From Chiloscyllium plagiosum (taxonomy: Eukaryota): a stretch of 64,000 bases of DNA. The notes under the pieces are model-generated. The model had not been told where the DNA came from. It saw nothing but the letters and a program-made list of their open reading frames with translations, and did not search any database. Each line of letters starts with the position of its first letter. Position 1 is the first letter of the stretch. Position numbers and translations under genes: made by a program. Location of the stretch: contig NC_057750.1 in NCBI RefSeq assembly GCF_004010195.1, forward strand, positions 3,773,450 to 3,837,449. The letters are read 5' to 3'. Shown in pieces: positions 23,301-32,323 of the stretch.

Positions 23301-25999
23301 TTTTAAGATGGTTAAATAAGTTAATACAGTGGCAAATATGAAATATATTTTATCTGGAGGGGAGGGGTCCAAAAGAAAGTGGACTAATATTAATATCAGT
23401 CAAAGCTAGGGCTTTCATGGGTGATTTCAAGAAAAAGTTTTGTCACTTAAAGTGGAAATCTGTAACTCTTTCCCTAGAAAGTGTTTGAAGCTGGGTGTCA
23501 AGTGAACATTATACAAATTAGATTGAGAGAATTTTGGTAGTTCAGGGTATAATGGGATGGAAAACCAAGTTGAATAAATTATGTGATTGAAGTGAAGGAC
23601 ATAGGGAGAGGTTGAATAGGCTGGGTTGGTTTTCCCTGGAGTGTTGATGCTGAGGGGTAACCTTGTAGAGACTTATAGAATCATGAGGGGGATGGATAGG
23701 GTAAATAGAAAAGGTATTTTCCCTGATGTGCGAGAGTCCAGAACTAGAGAGCAAATGTTTAGGGTGAGAGGGGAATGATTTAAAAGAGACCTAAGGGGCA
23801 ACATTTTCACACAGAGGGTGGTGCATGTATGGAATGAGCTGCCAGAGGAAGTGGTGGTGGCTGGTACAATTACAGCATTTAAAAGGCACCTGGATGGGTA
23901 TATGAATGGGAAGGGTTTAGAGAGATATGAGCCAGGTGCTGGCAAGTGGGACTAGCTTAAATTAGGATATCAGGTCAGCATGGAAGGGTTGTGCCGAAGG
24001 ATGTTTCTGTGTTGTACATATGTACGACTCGTTACCTGAAATGTCTCAAGAAGTAATGAGGGCCTCAAGGAAGCCATATTAGGATTTGCAGCTTAGATGA
24101 GTTTGCTAAGTGATGCATTGTGTCATTGAGTGCCAAGCATATCTTAATTGCTTTAGGGAGTTAAGGAAGAAATCCCATTATTCTCATAATCCACCAGGTT
24201 CTCTTGAAATCAGACAAAATTTCTTGTTGTTACTTCTATTAGTTGCTTTGATTTTTCAGGAATCTTGTGAATGAGAAATGCTGAGTGGGTCATATGTTCA
24301 CATTCCAGTTTTACAAACAATTATGTGTCTTTTGCATTTAATAATTTTAGAACTAGATTTAGAATGAACAGTTTTACTAATCAAGACAGCACCAAGTTAG
24401 TATTTAATAATGCAGGATTCAGTATTTCTTTGTCAGGCTGGACGCTATCAGATTGTTCCAGCATGTGGAACATCCAATAAAAGTGACATTTCTTTATTCC
24501 ATTTGTACTTCCCTGCAGTCCCAGAAACCTGGCCAGTTCAGGGCTCTGTGTCATTTTAGTGCTAACAGTGCTGCTCTTCAAAGTTAGTATCATAACCCCA
24601 TAAAAGCAGTCTCAGAGTCAAATGCACCATTCACTAATTCATCCTTTGTTCTGTATGTTGTTATTTACTAGCAATCTTCAATGATGCTTGCAACTTAAAC
24701 CAAAGATTCTAGACTCGAACTGCCATTTTACTAGGATCCCTGTCAATCCTATAATTTAATGGAATTTTCAAAACCTAAACTTGCCTAAGTACTTTGTTCC
24801 TTCTCAAGATCAATCTGTACAATGGTCGTTTCACCTTATTTCAGTTATTTGCTACAAAGAAGATCACAATGACCTTTAATGTTTGTAAGTGGACTTCTTC
24901 CAATCTGTCTCCACAAACTGCTTGAAGTTGTACAGAGCAACCCTTTGTCACAGGGCAGTCCTCAGCTGACAGAAATACACATTTTCATTTTATTTCCAGG
25001 TCTGAGAGGGAGATGTTAAAGGCATCCAAAATTTGAAATTTTGTGCAGTACAAACTCATCAGAAGCTACTAATTTACATTTTTTTCTATTTTTAAAGCCA
25101 TACAAATTTACAGCTTGGGTGGTGCGGCATTTGCCTCAAAATCGAAGTATCTTCATAACAAGTGGAGGAGCCGGCTGCCTTCACCTGTGGAAACAGTAAG
25201 TGGGTGTAACTTGCATCTTCATGAGAGCTGATGTCAGAGGTATGCATATGTCACAGCAGTGTACTGGCCAGTGTAAATGTAGGCATTTGTTTGTAATTAC
25301 AATGAATGCATGTCCATGACTTAGATTGATCATTCAAGAGACAGCCAGTACCCTAAAGAGACGAATGTGCAATTGTTCTGACTCCATTCATTCTCCCTGA
25401 ACAATTGGATTTTAGAGGTCATTTATTAAAACATAAGCAAAAGGAAGAGATAAATTTAAAGATTTATGGTGATGTAAGGGATGGGTATAAAGATAATTAA
25501 AATTATTTGTTTCAAATATCCCTCCTTTCTCACTCTCCTGCCATAATTCAATTTGTAGGTTCACCCAGTTGGACATCAGATTGTTCCATCATGTGGTACA
25601 TCCAGTAAAATTGGCATTTCTTTATTCAATATGAGCGCTTCCCTGGAGTCCCAGAAACCTGCCCAGCTCAGGGCTCTGTTGTTCTAGTGTTACTCTGCAA
25701 AGTTAGTACCATAACCTCATAAAAGCAGTCCGAGTCAATCAGAATATTCATGGATTCATCTTTTGCTCTGTATGTTGTTATTTACCAGCAGTGAATCTTT
25801 AACGATGCTTGATAGAAGTGACCATGAACCAGATGACAAGATTTCAACATGTACCACCACACTGCTGAACAACATCTCCCTCTCATCTCAACCCATTGGT
25901 AGCCTGGATTGGAATACTGATAAGCAAGGACTCTGTATCTCTGCATCCTTTGATCATAATGTTCACATCCTCATGATCACAGAGCAGCAGAGTTTCTGA
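5167..25999 (+). CDS. DNAAF10: DNAAF10/WDR92-like WD40 dynein axonemal assembly factor, 8 coding exons: join(5167..5361,11672..11772,15126..15256,21085..21186,21286..21401,22918..23052,25098..25195,25792..25999), about 361 aa
   Basis: All introns are GT..AG, phases are consistent, and 1086 nt = 362 codons including the stop. Motifs [60 protein letters not shown] and QPIGSLDW match WDR92 as recalled. Confidence 0.9.
5533..5688. mobile_element. Fold-back Penelope-type terminal-repeat insertion (family A) with 12-bp TSD
   Basis: TSD ccttgtacaatg at 5521-5532 and 5689-5700. Confidence 0.7.
5866..5900 (-). ncRNA. Minimal hammerhead-like motif (family D), partly decayed
   Basis: UU-CUGAUGA-A-AGGUC auu GACCU-GAAA-UAUC-AA; perfect stem II. 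Confidence 0.45.
8460..10500 (+). mobile_element. Degraded CR1/HER1-type LINE ORF2 fragment (split by the LTR)
   Basis: HGFVKG...[14 protein letters not shown] (8801..9049), GVPQGSVLGP-like sequence at about 9160, [11 protein letters not shown] (10277). Confidence 0.8.
9455..10069 (+). mobile_element. Solo LTR (TG...CA, 615 bp, 4-bp TSD CTAG; Gypsy-like) interrupting a CR1 RT fragment
   Basis: ctag|TGTCAC...ATAACA|ctag; CR1 RT sequence resumes after it. Strand is assumed. Confidence 0.7.
10505..11135 (+). mobile_element. CR1/HER1-type LINE 3' fragment
   Basis: [19 protein letters not shown]...[14 protein letters not shown]; tail ...ggcctgtactgtgctgtactgttcta. Confidence 0.85.
11672..11772 (+). 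CDS. DNAAF10: DNAAF10-like exon 2 ([34 protein letters not shown])
   Basis: Acceptor ttgctttgtag|, donor TG|gtaata; strong WDR92 similarity. Confidence 0.92.
12661..12872. mobile_element. Young fold-back Penelope-type insertion (family A): perfect 85-bp inverted repeat, 16-bp TSD
   Basis: Arms 12695-12779 and 12788-12872 are exact reverse complements; TSD tttgagaaagtgatga at 12645-12660 and 12872-12887. Confidence 0.85.
12779..12810 (+). ncRNA. Minimal hammerhead ribozyme motif with intact core (family A)
   Basis: UC-CUGAUGA-A-GGGC uuuu GCCC-GAAA-C-GUC-GA; palindromic ACGU stem III (dimer type); stem I cut to 2 bp by the inversion junction. Confidence 0.6.
15126..15256 (+). CDS. DNAAF10: DNAAF10-like exon 3 ([27 protein letters not shown]...[11 protein letters not shown])
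   Basis: Acceptor ctccacag|, donor G|gtgagt; phases 2/1 fit. Confidence 0.92.
16728..18620 (-). mobile_element. CR1/HER1-type LINE, 1.9-kb 3' portion with RT domain
   Basis: [21 protein letters not shown] (17988..18287) and [20 protein letters not shown]...KFADDTKIG (17145..17753); frameshifted. Confidence 0.92.
18947..19348 (+). mobile_element. Penelope-like element fragment (RT-linker/GIY-YIG start plus terminal repeat) inserted in a CR1 3' end
   Basis: [21 protein letters not shown]...[10 protein letters not shown]; 12-bp TSD atatcc(t/a)aatct at 18935-18946 and 19349-19360. Confidence 0.8.
19271..19310 (+). ncRNA. Minimal hammerhead ribozyme motif in a Penelope terminal repeat (family C)
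   Basis: CCA-CUGAUGA-U-GUUACCU agcc AGGUAAU-GAAA-C-AUC-UGG; 3-bp stem I, 7-bp stem II; the sister copy 26869-26908 (-) retains CGUC-UGG. Confidence 0.65.
19407..19696 (-). mobile_element. HE1/V-SINE-type SINE (head partly deleted) inside CR1
   Basis: Family consensus match. Confidence 0.8.
20144..20277 (-). mobile_element. Short Penelope-type terminal-repeat insertion (family A) in CR1, 14-bp TSD
   Basis: TSD caat(g/a)tcctgtaca at 20130-20143 and 20278-20291. Confidence 0.7.
21085..21186 (+). CDS. DNAAF10: DNAAF10-like exon 4 ([19 protein letters not shown]...[10 protein letters not shown])
   Basis: Acceptor ttctctcccag|, donor G|gtaagt. Confidence 0.92.
21286..21401 (+). CDS. DNAAF10: DNAAF10-like exon 5 ([38 protein letters not shown])
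   Basis: Acceptor tttacag| after a 99-nt intron, donor GGG|gtgagt. Confidence 0.92.
21905..22204. mobile_element. About 300-bp imperfect fold-back element with hammerhead-like motifs in both arms
   Basis: ctgagaaa...tcatcaggacaatt...aacattt is inverted relative to aaatgtt...aattgtcctgat...tttctcag. Confidence 0.55.
22231..22524 (-). mobile_element. HE1/V-SINE-type SINE
   Basis: Full head-to-tail copy, (atcta)n tail. Confidence 0.85.
22918..23052 (+). CDS. DNAAF10: DNAAF10-like exon 6 ([30 protein letters not shown]...SEK)
   Basis: Acceptor ggggtag| (weak pyrimidine tract), donor AAG|gtaaga; 135 nt, phase 0/0. Confidence 0.9.
23100..24030 (+). mobile_element. Two CR1-type LINE 3' remnants (old 23100-23560; younger 23600-24030)
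   Basis: gagaggttgaataggctggg...ttcacacagagggtggtgcatgtatggaatgagctgccagagg CR1 3' consensus. Confidence 0.75.
24447..24690 (+). repeat. Diverged direct duplicate of 25575..25811 (intron 7 / exon 8 junction of the DNAAF10-like gene)
   Basis: Colinear blocks atcagattgttcca, agtcccagaaacctg, cagggctctgt, cataaaagcagtc, ctgtatgttgttatttac, gatgcttg. Confidence 0.85.
25098..25195 (+). CDS. DNAAF10: DNAAF10-like exon 7 ([32 protein letters not shown])
   Basis: Acceptor ttttaaag|, donor CA|gtaagt. Confidence 0.9.
25792..25999 (+). CDS. DNAAF10: DNAAF10-like exon 8, terminal (…[45 protein letters not shown])
   Basis: Tandem acceptor cagcag (alternative start 25789); TGA ends at 25999; resembles the WDR92 C-terminus LSTQPISSLDWSPDK. 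Confidence 0.88.
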
Positions 26000-26156
26000 A
26001 CACACCAGTGAAGAGCACAGGAGCTGAGGACAGAATGGAATCATTGTCAATGCTTGAAATTTCACACGAGTCAATGGACACATCAAGATTCTTATCAGGG
26101 AAAAAACACTCTCAGGACGTGACAAAGTAGTAATGTTATATTAGGGTTTATACTGT

Positions 26157-26162
26157 AATAAA
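26157..26162 (+). terminator. Candidate polyadenylation signal of the DNAAF10-like gene
   Basis: First AATAAA, 158 nt after the stop codon, with T-rich sequence downstream. Confidence 0.55.
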
Positions 26163-26829
26163 GAAGTTGAATTATTCCATTTCATTATTTTGCCAAGTAT
26201 TTGGAATAGCAAAGTGGATTTAAATTCCACTCAATGCTTAGTGAAAAAGGATATGCAATAGAATACCAAAATATTGCCAATTATGCCCAAATTATTTCCA
26301 CTCTTAAAATTCACTTGTGTGGCACATACATCTCTGAATGGCCAACATTTATTTCCTGTCCCTTGCTGTCCTTGAGATGGTGGTGTGGGCTGCCTTCTTG
26401 AACTGCTGCAGACCAGGTCTGTGGGTAGGTCCACAATGCCACTGGGAGGGAATTCTAGGGTTTTGACCCAGCGACAGTGAAGGAATAGCAATATATTTCC
26501 GAGGCAGGCTGGTGAGTAGCTTGGAGGGGAACTTGCCAGGGGTTTCCGATGTATCTGCTGCCCTTGTCCTTCTAGATGGAAGTAGTGTGGCTTTGCAAGA
26601 TGCCAAGGACATACTTCTCAAATGATAATAAACACAAAGTTATTAAATGGAGAAATGTGTAGCTCCTGGTAATTATAGGGCTATAGCAGCTGGATTGTAC
26701 ACCAACAGTCAAACTGCTGCTGCCTTTGTGGGGTTAGCTTCCAAATAGCGCGTGCGCACACACAACTTTTTACTGCAACAATTTGATAGGTTCCACCTTT
26801 ACCCTGTACAGAATAATGTTAGAGAGATT

Positions 26830-28030
26830 CTGACTGTAGGTTTGCTTGCTGAGGTGGAAGGTTCATTTCCAGACGTTTGAGCACCCTACCTAGTAACATC
26901 TTTAGTGGGCCTCTGGGCAAAGCACGACTGATAATTCCTGCTTTCTATTTAGGTTTTGGTTTTTTTGGGTTGGTGATGTCATTTCCTGTTCTTTTTCTCT
27001 CAGGGGTTGGTAGATGGAGTCTAACTTGATGTGTTTGTTGATAAGAGTTCCAGTTGGAATGTTATTAGATTACTTAGTGTGGAAACAGGCCCTTCGGCCA
27101 AACAAGTCCACACCGACCCGCCGAAGTGCAACCCATCCAGACCCATTCCCCTACATTTACCCCTTCACCTAACGCTACGGGCAATTTAGCATGGCCAATT
27201 CACCTAACCTGCACATTTTTGGACTGTGGGAGGAAACCGGAGCACCCAGAGGAAACCCACGCAGACACGGGGAGAATATGCAAACTCCACAGTCGCCCGA
27301 GGCGGGAATTGAACCCGGGTCTCTGGCGCTGTGAGGCAACAGTGCTAACCACTGTGCCACCCATTTGCTATGACTCTAGGAATTCTCGTGCATGTCTCTG
27401 TTTGCCTTGTCCGAGGATGGATGTGTTGTCTCAGTCAAGGTGGTGTCTTCCTCATCTGTATGTAAGGATACTAGTGAGTCATATTGTTTTGTGCCTAGTT
27501 GATGTTCACGTGTCCTGGTGGCTAGTTTTCTACCTGTTGGTCCAATGTAGTGTTTGTTACAGAATTTTGTAAATGATGCTAGTTTTGCTTGTTGTCTATA
27601 CATGGCCTTTCAAGTTCATTAGCTGCTGTTTTAATGTGTTGGTGGACTACTGTGATGCCAAGGGGTCTGAGTAGTATGGCAGTCATTTCAAATATGTCCT
27701 TGACATGGTAGAGTTAATTGGATACCCATTCTTTTGAATACACAGTTTAGGTGCTTTTTCGCTGTTCTGCATAGTTCCTCTGTGCTGGCTCTTTGAAATA
27801 ATGTTGTAATGCAGCTTCATTTATGGGTATTTGAAAGATTGCTTCTGTAGTTCAATATTTGGTCTATGTGTTGTTTTCCTGTAGATGCTGATTTGAAGTT
27901 GCCCCTTGGCTATTTGCTCTACTGTGACATCTAAGAAGGGCAGTTTGTTGTTGTTTTCTTCCTCTTTAGTGTATTTTATGCCAGTAAGGCCTATATCCAG
28001 AACCTCAACCCAAGCTACAAATCTTAATTC
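26830..28030 (-). mobile_element. Penelope-like element fragment (RT C-terminus plus GIY-YIG), same family as 18947..19348
   Basis: KEEENNNKLPFLDVTV...YRKTTH (27821..28051 -) and CNKHYIGPTGRKLATRTREHQ (27376..27603 -); SINE inserted at 27064-27362. Confidence 0.8.
27064..27362 (-). mobile_element. HE1/V-SINE-type SINE (young, CpG-rich) inside a Penelope element
   Basis: Family consensus match with CpGs retained. Confidence 0.85.
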
Positions 28031-28404
28031 TTTGGGGAGATTAGCATTCACCTGTATGTAGAACTCCAGGGAAAGGTAAAGGGCAGGGAGAGAAGGGAAA
28101 GAGAGGGAGAGAAGAAAGGACAGAAGAGTCAGAAAGAGGGCAGGATGTCAGTAATTTGGAGACAGTGCCTGGACTATCCAGGACTTTTCTCAGCGGCATT
28201 TCAGGCAGCAGAGTTTATTTTTAATCATTGTACCTGTAATCAGAAGATGCGATCAGGATTGAAATAACTCTTTGACTATGTTTCTATCATGACCACAGGA
28301 TAATCAGATATTCAGACAATTGATATTCAGATAATTGTGGTTCCTCTAATCTCATTTTCTTGCACTTAATTTACAATTATGGAAGCAGAAACCCAAAAAT
28401 TAGT

Positions 28405-28990
28405 CTGTCATACAGCATCAAACACAGATCCTTCAGTCCAACTAGTCCATGCAGATCATAATCCCAAACTAGTTTACCTAACCTGGTCCCACATGCCTGA
28501 ATTTGCCCATATCCCTCTAAACATTTCTTATTCATCAAAATTAAGATGTGTCTTTAAATGTATTTAAGTCCTTTGTAAATTAATTCCACACAAACTAGTG
28601 TAAAAAAATGTTGCCCCTCATGATTTTTCTAAATCTTTCTCCTTCCACTTTAATATTCCCCCTAATCTTGAAATCCCCCACCTTATAAAAGACACCTGCT
28701 ATTCACCTTCCTTATATCCATTATTTTATGAACCTTTAAAAAGGTCACTCCTCAAGCACCCTATGCTCCATTGGAAAACAAAAAGGTCCCAGCCTATCCA
28801 ACTTCTGATAATTCAAACCCTCCATTCTAGCAATATCCTGATAAATCTTTTCTGAACCATTTCCAGCTTAATATCCTTCCTGTATCATGGACACAGTACT
28901 CTTGCTGAGACCTCACCAATGTCCTGTACAGCCTCTATGTCTCATCTGTTGTACTCAAAAGATCTGAGCACTGCCCACAGCACGCTAAAC
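28405..28990 (-). mobile_element. Degraded CR1-type LINE 3' fragment
   Basis: Same 3' motifs as the 18872 copy, reverse strand. Confidence 0.7.
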
Positions 28991-29595
28991 ACCTTAGTGA
29001 CCACCTTCTTCACAATCCACTCTTGTGAGAAGTTTGGTTTCATCTGCAAAGTTAACAATCTAACCTATTTTTTAAAAAAAGTTTCAAGATACAAGAACTG
29101 CAGTCATTCTACATTCCCAGTTATCCTTGAGATGTTAAGCCACCGTGAACTGTTGCAATAATTGAAGAAGCTCCCATTGCAATATAATGTTTCAACCATA
29201 TCAAACATGTGACATCTGAATCAGGTGAGATTGTGCCTCCTTGCCCAGAGATAGAACAATGCACTACTGTACAAACAGGTAGTTCTAGAATTGATATTCC
29301 TATATAGTTGGTGCCATTAATTTTCTACTCAAGCTCATCCAACTCAATCCCACCCAACTAAATCCCATAAACTGGGAGAAAGTAGTCTTTAACAGAATTA
29401 GACAGTTTGCAGAACTAAGTCATACTTGTTAGCATTGGTGGTGTTAAATTACTAAAATAAATCAATAACTTAAATTTGATGATAAAGAAACTAAACATTT
29501 CCTTACTTCATTATCTAATGGAAAAGGTGACACTAACAAAATCATGTCAGTAATTACCACTAAAGTGATTTCAAGATTTGTCTGGTGATAACACT

Positions 29596-29601
29596 TTTAT
29601 T
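29596..29601 (-). terminator. Candidate distal polyadenylation signal of the SRSF5-like gene (3' UTR about 2.4 kb)
   Basis: First AATAAA I found on the - strand after the stop; ATTAAA variants at 30632-30637 and 29638-29643. Confidence 0.4.
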
Positions 29602-29724
29602 CCCATCAAGAAAAAAAACTGGCATCGTTACCATCTTTTTAATACATAGAACACATACTTTAAGCCTACAATTAAGATACTTCTAATCGGAAACCAAACA
29701 TTCAACCAATTATATTTGCAGACC

Positions 29725-30020
29725 ATTCAGCTCAGAGTCCACACAGAACCCTCTGAAGAGTATTTTCCCCCCTCCCCCACACCCTATCCTTGCATTTCCA
29801 TGGCTAATCCACCTAGCCTACATATCCCTAGACACTATGGGGCAGTTTTGCATGGCCAATCCACTTAACCTGCATATCTTTGGCCAGTGGCAGGCAACTG
29901 GAGCACCCGGAGGCAGCCCAAGCAGACAAGAGAATGGGCAAATTCTACAGGTGTCCAAGGATGGAACCGAACCCAGGCCCCTGGCTCAGTGAGGCAGTGC
30001 TAACCACCAAACCACCCACA
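29725..30020 (-). mobile_element. Degraded HE1/V-SINE-type SINE
   Basis: catggccaatccacttaacctgca core. Confidence 0.7.
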
Positions 30021-32025
30021 ATGAAGCGACAGAGTACAGAGCAATTAACAGTTCTGGAAAGCAGCCATGAACTTTTCAGTCATTCTTTGCCACACAAGAT
30101 GAATTATTCTTTTTGAAGAATGGAAATTAAATCTTTTAAAAATATACAAAGAGTGCAACATGATCCACATTCTGGGCAGACTTAATAGTTGAATGTCAAT
30201 GACATGAGTTTTCCATTTCATACACTAAATCAAACATTCTGGTGAACTTCATACTTGTACAATGTTAGGGGTGAAAGTTGGGAAGAGAGACCCAGAAAGG
30301 GGGGGGCAGGGGGAAGAGAAGGTGTAGAAGAAAAATAAAGAATATGGACTTTGCTCCAGCTATATGCTTAAAACTCAACCTCCAGAAACACGTGTGCTAA
30401 AGTCACACTCACCCTGTTCGCCCTAGATTCTCAAAAATGTTTACCATATACAAGGGTCAGTTACAAGTGCAGTTCTCCAGGTCCTGGTAGATCTGGGTTA
30501 ATGTTGTTCCCACAATTTTCCACCATTCCCCCCCCCCCCCAAAACCATTTTGTAACTTAAGTCTCAATTCCCAAAAACAAACCCCAGGAGAATAAACAAG
30601 CAAACTCTGAAGCTGACACTTGTAACTAATTTTTAATGCAGTACCATTTCTTGCTACAAGGAATGATAGCGATACACAGCCTGTATGTAGTACACAATAG
30701 ACTAAACGAGCAGGAGACAGTAAAGGTACATGGAACATTGGGCAATATAGTTTCTGTATAAAATTGTTAAGTACAAACATCTAAATTGGTGTACATTTGT
30801 TGTTCCTTCCATTTAAATTCCAATGCAGAGCAACATTCCAGGTTGGTTCTCTAGCAACTAGTTAAGAGGATGGGTCACGTTAAATATAAATTTATATATA
30901 TTTTAAAACAATGTGAAATGAACCAAATAAAGCATGAACTATTAACACACGTGAATCAAAAACTATATATACATTTTTTTCCCCTGCTACACTCCACCGC
31001 CAACCCCACAAGCTGCCTCCCTCCACTTGGTGTGCAGGTTAAAGAAAGCCAAACTAACTCAGCAATCACAAACCCAGGGCTTCACATTAAAAGCAAATTC
31101 CAAGTGCAAGTACAGCAGGGTTCTCTAAAGGCAGGATGCAACTGTGCGCTAGTCTGGCACAAAATCCAAAAGAACTAAACCACTGCTTTATGAAACACAA
31201 AACTAAAAAAGGAAAAAAACTTTAAAAATTGTCCCTGAACCAGTAGCAATTCAAAGAAAGAACCGACCCAACCTGGAAAGGTTTCCTGTAAAACATTTTG
31301 AATATTTTAACCCCCTCCGCCCTCTTGTGGAAAGGACGACAGGCTCAGCCATTTTGTACAAAGCTTTAAATGTTGTTTGTGCTGGTGAAACAGTGGCTTG
31401 ATTCGAGTTTAGATGCAGATAGTTTGAGAGTTAAAATACTTTTGGTTTTCAGCAGTTTCCTCAATAAATGGAAGCACTTTCACCTTTCAACAGATCCATT
31501 TCATTAGAACCATACTTCAAAAAGACTCAGACTGGCCAATTAGTTAGGTGACCAAACTACAGATTTCAATTAGTTACTTAATGGTTTTATAATGGGGCAC
31601 TCAAATTTGGGCTTTATAAACCTGTCATCTTCCCTAAATAATTCTTGTTTGAAACTCCATACTTCATGTAAATTGTCTAGACGCTCCGATTGTTCCAGCT
31701 AGGGAAACTCTCAATCCCACACATTGAAATGTGAAGTGACTGAATCCCCTCAGACAAGTCCCAGTGATCACCACCAGAAGCAATGGTACAGCCTGGTAAA
31801 CAATACTAGACAAAATTATGATCAAGCCTTTCTTTTCAACGATATATTACTTTAAATCAGATGTCTGTATTTGAATGGGCTCAAAGTTAGAATTGTTTGC
31901 ATGAAATAAAAACCGAAGTACTTAAACCCCAAACCCAGCATCAGACAGAAAAAAAAATCAAAATGAGGCCAACATTTCATAGAAAATCTTTAGCAAATTA
32001 TAAAAACACTTCTACAACACGGTGG

Positions 32026-32323
32026 TTACTCTGCACTGTTGACAGGGGACTGCTCCCGAGAACCAGACCAGGAACGGGTCGATTTAACAGGAGAATTTGA
32101 TCGCGACCTCGACTGGGTTGGTTTCCTACGACGTTTGACCTCAGGCGAACGGCTCAGTGAGCGCGATTCATTCCTCTGCCGCTTGCTATCACGAGCGGGC
32201 GACCTGCTCCGGGAACGAGACCTGCTACGGCTTGGGGAGCGGCTTGCAGATCTTGAAGCGCTTCTAGAGCCCTTATAGCTGCGGGATCTTGAAGAGCTTC
32301 TAGAGCGGGATCGTGTCCAAGAC
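32026..32323 (-). CDS. SRSF5: SRSF5-like terminal exon, RS domain ([15 protein letters not shown]...SPVNSAE*)
   Basis: Acceptor tttttcag|, RS-dipeptide-rich frame, TAA ending at 32026. Confidence 0.93.

Noticed and set aside
32039-32278. + strand ORF rich in R/D/L/E
   Set aside because: Antisense shadow of the RS-domain exon.
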